A DNA stretch of 64,000 nt, from contig JANQLJ010000014.1 of assembly GCA_028280665.1 (NCBI GenBank), positions 9,380 through 73,379 of the forward strand, written 5' to 3'. Positions 60,566 to 64,000 of the stretch are shown one piece after another; the first letter of the stretch is position 1, and the number at the start of each line of letters is the position of its first letter. Both the position numbers and the translations under genes were made by a program. Under the pieces are notes generated by a model. That model saw only the letters and a program-made list of their open reading frames with translations, was not told the origin of the DNA and made no database searches. The stretch is from Alphaproteobacteria bacterium (GTDB lineage: Bacteria; Pseudomonadota; Alphaproteobacteria; JAJFIK01).

Positions 60566-61390
60566 TTATTCATCCGGCTCCGTAGCCGGCAATGTGTGGA
60601 CGTGGTTGAGGGGGCCATGTCCCTTGCCAAATCCCGGCGCAGTACGGATGGCCTCATACACGTAAGCCTGCGCCTGTGCCACCGCCTCGCGCAAGGATCT
60701 GCCTTGCGCAAGATGCGTGGCAATGGCGGTGGCGAGCGTGCAGCCCGTGCCGTGGGTATTTTCAGTGTCGATGCGGGGGGATGTAAACGTCTCCGCGCCC
60801 TCCTTCGTGACCAGCACATCGGTTACTTGCGCTCCCAGCAAATGACCGCCCTTGATAAGCGCCGCGCCCGCGCCCATGGCCACGATTTTTCCGCCCGCTT
60901 CCGCCTGGTGATCGGGTGTTTCGATGGTGAGACCAGTAAGAACTTCGGCTTCGGGAATGTTGGGCGTAACAAGCGCCGCGCGGGGAAGAAGCTCCGCCTT
61001 AAGGGCGTCCACGGCGGATTGCTCTAAAAGCCGCGCGCCGCCCTTGGCGACCATCACTGGATCAACGACCAAGGGCGCGCGCCCTTTGAAGGTATCGAGC
61101 GCCGCCGCGATATTTTCAATGATTTCCGCCGAATGGAGCATCCCGGTCTTCACCGCATCGGCGCCCAAGTCTTCAAGAACCGCGCGCATTTGGCCTGAAA
61201 CAATATCGGTGGGCACTTCGTGAATGCCGGAAACCCCTTGGGTGTTTTGAACCGTCACCGCCGTGACCGCGGTCATGGCAAAGCCGCCGAGTGCGGTACA
61301 GGTCTTGATGTCAGCTTGAATCCCCGCGCCGCCACCTGAGTCCGATCCCGCAACGATCAGCACACGGCCTTTTGCAACGCGTCCGCTCAT
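60566..61390 (-). CDS. thiD: Hydroxymethylpyrimidine/phosphomethylpyrimidine kinase
   Basis: VLIVAGSDSGGGAGIQADIKT. Ribokinase-like fold with a GTGC motif. Confidence 0.85.
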   Translation of the reverse strand: MSGRVAKGRVLIVAGSDSGGGAGIQADIKTCTALGGFAMTAVTAVTVQNTQGVSGIHEVPTDIVSGQMRAVLEDLGADAVKTGMLHSAEIIENIAAALDTFKGRAPLVVDPVMVAKGGARLLEQSAVDALKAELLPRAALVTPNIPEAEVLTGLTIETPDHQAEAGGKIVAMGAGAALIKGGHLLGAQVTDVLVTKEGAETFTSPRIDTENTHGTGCTLATAIATHLAQGRSLREAVAQAQAYVYEAIRTAPGFGKGHGPLNHVHTLPATEPDE

Positions 61391-61396
61391 GTTCCG

Positions 61397-62743
61397 CTAG
61401 GCCGAAGCCCGCTCGACCGCCGCAACAATGTCGCCGATCACTTGCCGCACGAGGCCGTCATCTTCGCCCTCGCCCATGACGCGGATCAGCGGCTCGGTGC
61501 CGGACTTGCGGATAACAAGACGCCCCTTGCCTTCAAGCGCTGCCTCACCGCCCGCGATCGCTTTCTTGACCTCTTGGGCCTCAAGCGGCGATGTGCCGTT
61601 GAAACGCACATTTTCAAGGTGCTGGGGATAAGGTTCGAAAAGATGGCAAATCTCGCTCACGGGCTTGCCGCCGCGCACCATCTCCGCAAGCACCTGCAGG
61701 GCCGCGATAAGGCCGTCGCCGGTGGTGGTGAAATCGCTCATGACGATGTGGCCCGATTGCTCGCCGCCCAGATTGTAACCGCCATCGCGCATGGCCTGCA
61801 CCACATAGCGGTCGCCCACATTGGTGCGGATGAGATTGATCTTTTGCGCGGTGAGAAACTTCTCAAAGCCGAGATTGGACATGGAGGTTGCCACCACGGT
61901 GTTCTTTTGAAGGCGCCCGCTCTGGCTCCAGCGCGAGGCGATCAGCGCCATCATCTGATCCCCGTCGATAAGCCGCCCCTTTTCATCGGCAATGACTACC
62001 CGGTCCGCATCGCCGTCAAGAGCAATGCCGAGGTCGGCCTTGTGCTCGCGCACCGCCTCGCACATGGCTTCGGGACTGGTGGACCCGCAGCCCTTGTTGA
62101 TGTTGAACCCGTCGGGGCCGACACCGATGGGCACCACTTCGGCGCCAAGTTCCCAAAGCACAAGCGGCGCCACTTTATACGCCGCCCCATTGGCGCAATC
62201 GAGAACGATCTTGAGGCCTTCGAGCGAGACGCTTTCCTTGATGGTCCCTTTGGCGAGCTCGACATATCGCGCCTGCGCATCGTCGATCCGTTTGGCGCGG
62301 CCGAGCCGGTCCGCAGCGGCGAGACCTTCGGAAAGCCCCGTGTCCATCAGCTTCTCAATCTCAAGTTCGGTTTCATCCGACAGCTTGTAGCCGTCAGGGC
62401 CGAACAGTTTGATGCCGTTATCCTGATAAGCGTTGTGGGAGGCCGAAATCATCACGCCCATATCGGCGCGTAGAGATTGCGTCATCATGGCGACCGCGGG
62501 CGTGGGCAAAGGCCCGAACAAAAAGACATCCATGCCCACCGACGTGAACCCGGCCACCAGTGCCGGTTCGATCATGTAACCCGAGAGCCGCGTGTCCTTG
62601 CCGATCACCACCCGGTGGCGGTGGACGCCCCTGGTAAAGACGCGCCCCGCGGCGAGGCCCACGCGCAGCGCCGTTTCGGGGTCCATGGGCGCCACGTTCG
62701 CGGTGCCCCTGATGCCGTCTGTGCCGAAGTATCTCCGCGTCAT
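61397..62743 (-). CDS. glmM: Phosphoglucosamine mutase
   Basis: [10 protein letters not shown]-terminus and active-site [13 protein letters not shown]. Confidence 0.95.
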   Translation of the reverse strand: MTRRYFGTDGIRGTANVAPMDPETALRVGLAAGRVFTRGVHRHRVVIGKDTRLSGYMIEPALVAGFTSVGMDVFLFGPLPTPAVAMMTQSLRADMGVMISASHNAYQDNGIKLFGPDGYKLSDETELEIEKLMDTGLSEGLAAADRLGRAKRIDDAQARYVELAKGTIKESVSLEGLKIVLDCANGAAYKVAPLVLWELGAEVVPIGVGPDGFNINKGCGSTSPEAMCEAVREHKADLGIALDGDADRVVIADEKGRLIDGDQMMALIASRWSQSGRLQKNTVVATSMSNLGFEKFLTAQKINLIRTNVGDRYVVQAMRDGGYNLGGEQSGHIVMSDFTTTGDGLIAALQVLAEMVRGGKPVSEICHLFEPYPQHLENVRFNGTSPLEAQEVKKAIAGGEAALEGKGRLVIRKSGTEPLIRVMGEGEDDGLVRQVIGDIVAAVERASA

Positions 62744-62817
62744 GCACGCCTACCCAATTGGCTGACAAAGTGCTTTCTTAGCTTAGCAAAAGGCGGCGGG
62801 AAAAGGGACCCGTCCGC

Positions 62818-63654
62818 TCACTTTCGGTTGCGATTTATTTCATTCCAGACGGCAATGAACTGAGCGGTTTGGGAAACATCGTGAACACGGTAGAGCACCA
62901 CGCCTTGCGCAAGCCCCACCGCCACCGCGGCGAGGGAGCCGCCGAGCCGGTGGTCCGCGTCCGCCCCCTCGTCGATCTTGGCAATGAAGCTCTTGCGCGA
63001 TGCGCCGAGCAGAACCGGGCAGCCGAGCGCACTCAGCGCATCCAGTCCCGCGAGTAGATCGAGATTGTGCTGAAGCGTCTTGCCGAACCCGATGCCCGGG
63101 TCGATAACGATCTTGGCCTTGGGAATGCCCACCGCCTCGCACGCGGCGATGCGGGCCTCAAGAAAGCCGCGCACCTCGCCCACCACATCGTCATAGTGCG
63201 GCGCCTTTTGCATGGTCCTGGGATCACCTTGCGCATGCATAAGCACGATGGGCAGGCCCGTTTCCGCCGCCGCCGTCAGGGCCTTGGGATCGAAAGTCAG
63301 CGCTGAAACGTCGTTGATCAGGCCCGCGCCCGCGCGCGCCGCTTCGCGCATCACTTGGGCCTTACGGGTGTCGACGGAAACGGGGCCGAGGCCGTCCGCC
63401 ACCAACCGCTCGATAACCAGTATCACGCGGGCGAGTTCTTCTTCCACCGGCACGTCGTCCGCCCCCGGACGGGTCGACTCGCCGCCGACATCGATCAAGT
63501 CGGCGCCCGCCGCTTTCATGGCCCGCGCATGAGCGATGGCGGCGTCAAGATCGAGATACCGCCCGCCGTCGGAAAAGGAATCCGGCGTGACGTTCAAAAT
63601 GCCCATAAGGCGCGGGGCATCGAGCGTAAGCCCGCAAAGGACGGCGTCTGTCAT
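62818..63654 (-). CDS. folP: Dihydropteroate synthase
   Basis: Start at MTDAVLCG. MGILNVTPDSFSDGG and IDVGGESTRPG. Confidence 0.9.
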   Translation of the reverse strand: MTDAVLCGLTLDAPRLMGILNVTPDSFSDGGRYLDLDAAIAHARAMKAAGADLIDVGGESTRPGADDVPVEEELARVILVIERLVADGLGPVSVDTRKAQVMREAARAGAGLINDVSALTFDPKALTAAAETGLPIVLMHAQGDPRTMQKAPHYDDVVGEVRGFLEARIAACEAVGIPKAKIVIDPGIGFGKTLQHNLDLLAGLDALSALGCPVLLGASRKSFIAKIDEGADADHRLGGSLAAVAVGLAQGVVLYRVHDVSQTAQFIAVWNEINRNRK

Positions 63655-63718
63655 GGATGGCGGCCTAGCAGCCTGGACCTCTGGCAATCAAGCCCTTGTC
63701 AGGCCCCTTTAGGCCCCT

Positions 63719-64000
63719 TTAGGCCCCTTGGGGGCCGGGTTCCGGGGTACCTTTGATCTCGTCAGGCTTGCGGCCTGACTTGGGGACCGTCGATGTCGCC
63801 CCGGCCGTGGGCGGCGGGGTGTCGGCGGGCTCCTCCCGGTTGGGCTTTTCGCCCTTGAGAAGCGCGGTAATCTCATCACCCGAAAGAGTTTCGTATTCCA
63901 AGAGCCCTTGCGCGAGGGTTTCAAGATCGTCGCGGTTCTCGGTGAGGATCTTGTAAGCAGTGTCGTGAGCTTCCTCGATAAGCCGCTTTACTTCCGCATC
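63719..64000 (-). CDS. ftsH: ATP-dependent zinc metalloprotease FtsH, C-terminal fragment (gene continues beyond the window)
   Basis: The reverse-strand translation to the window edge reads AEVKRLIEEAHDTAYKILTENRDDLETLAQGLLEYETLSGDEITALL…, the FtsH C-terminal helix region. Conserved ftsH-folP-glmM order. Confidence 0.85.
   Translation of the reverse strand, partial: DAEVKRLIEEAHDTAYKILTENRDDLETLAQGLLEYETLSGDEITALLKGEKPNREEPADTPPPTAGATSTVPKSGRKPDEIKGTPEPGPQGA

Overview
This is a high-GC (roughly 63%) chromosomal segment that looks alphaproteobacterial. The core content is housekeeping and cell-cycle genes. 

- **Respiration:** a complete cbb3 oxidase locus, ccoNOQP-ccoGHIS, including two sub-60-aa genes (ccoQ, ccoS) missing from the ORF track, with an FNR/FixK-type box upstream of ccoN.
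- **Housekeeping:** a type-2 ileS, queC-queE, mnmA, rpoH, purA, serA-serC, thiD, glmM-folP and the end of ftsH, plus an SPFH/NfeD operon, a TonB-dependent receptor, a LemA/DUF2207 pair and a DUF4159/BatA-like membrane cluster.
- **Cell cycle:** a CtrA module with a sciP-like DUF1153 gene, a fliJ-like gene, ctrA, a single-domain receiver and chpT.

Three regions look accessory.

1. **28.3-32.2 kb:** a tandem triplication of an acidic secreted beta-rich (porin-like) gene. Each copy has its own conserved ~230-nt leader with a palindromic TAGCGCGCTA-like site and its own intrinsic terminator.
2. **38.3-40.9 kb:** a ~2.5 kb low-GC island in the 3' end of a tRNA-Met(CAT) gene, flanked by perfect 47-bp direct repeats. 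It carries one 687-aa protein with (D/N)PPY amino-methyltransferase motifs and an unrecognised ~330-aa N-terminal domain, and no integrase.
3. **47.5-48.6 kb:** a ~1 kb low-GC islet with a 3-TM membrane protein followed by two tiny poly-proline ORFs built from (CCA/CCT/CCG)n trinucleotide tracts.

No CRISPR array, rRNA or recognisable transposase or integrase is present. The GC-rich background produces many long antisense ORFs, which were rejected.
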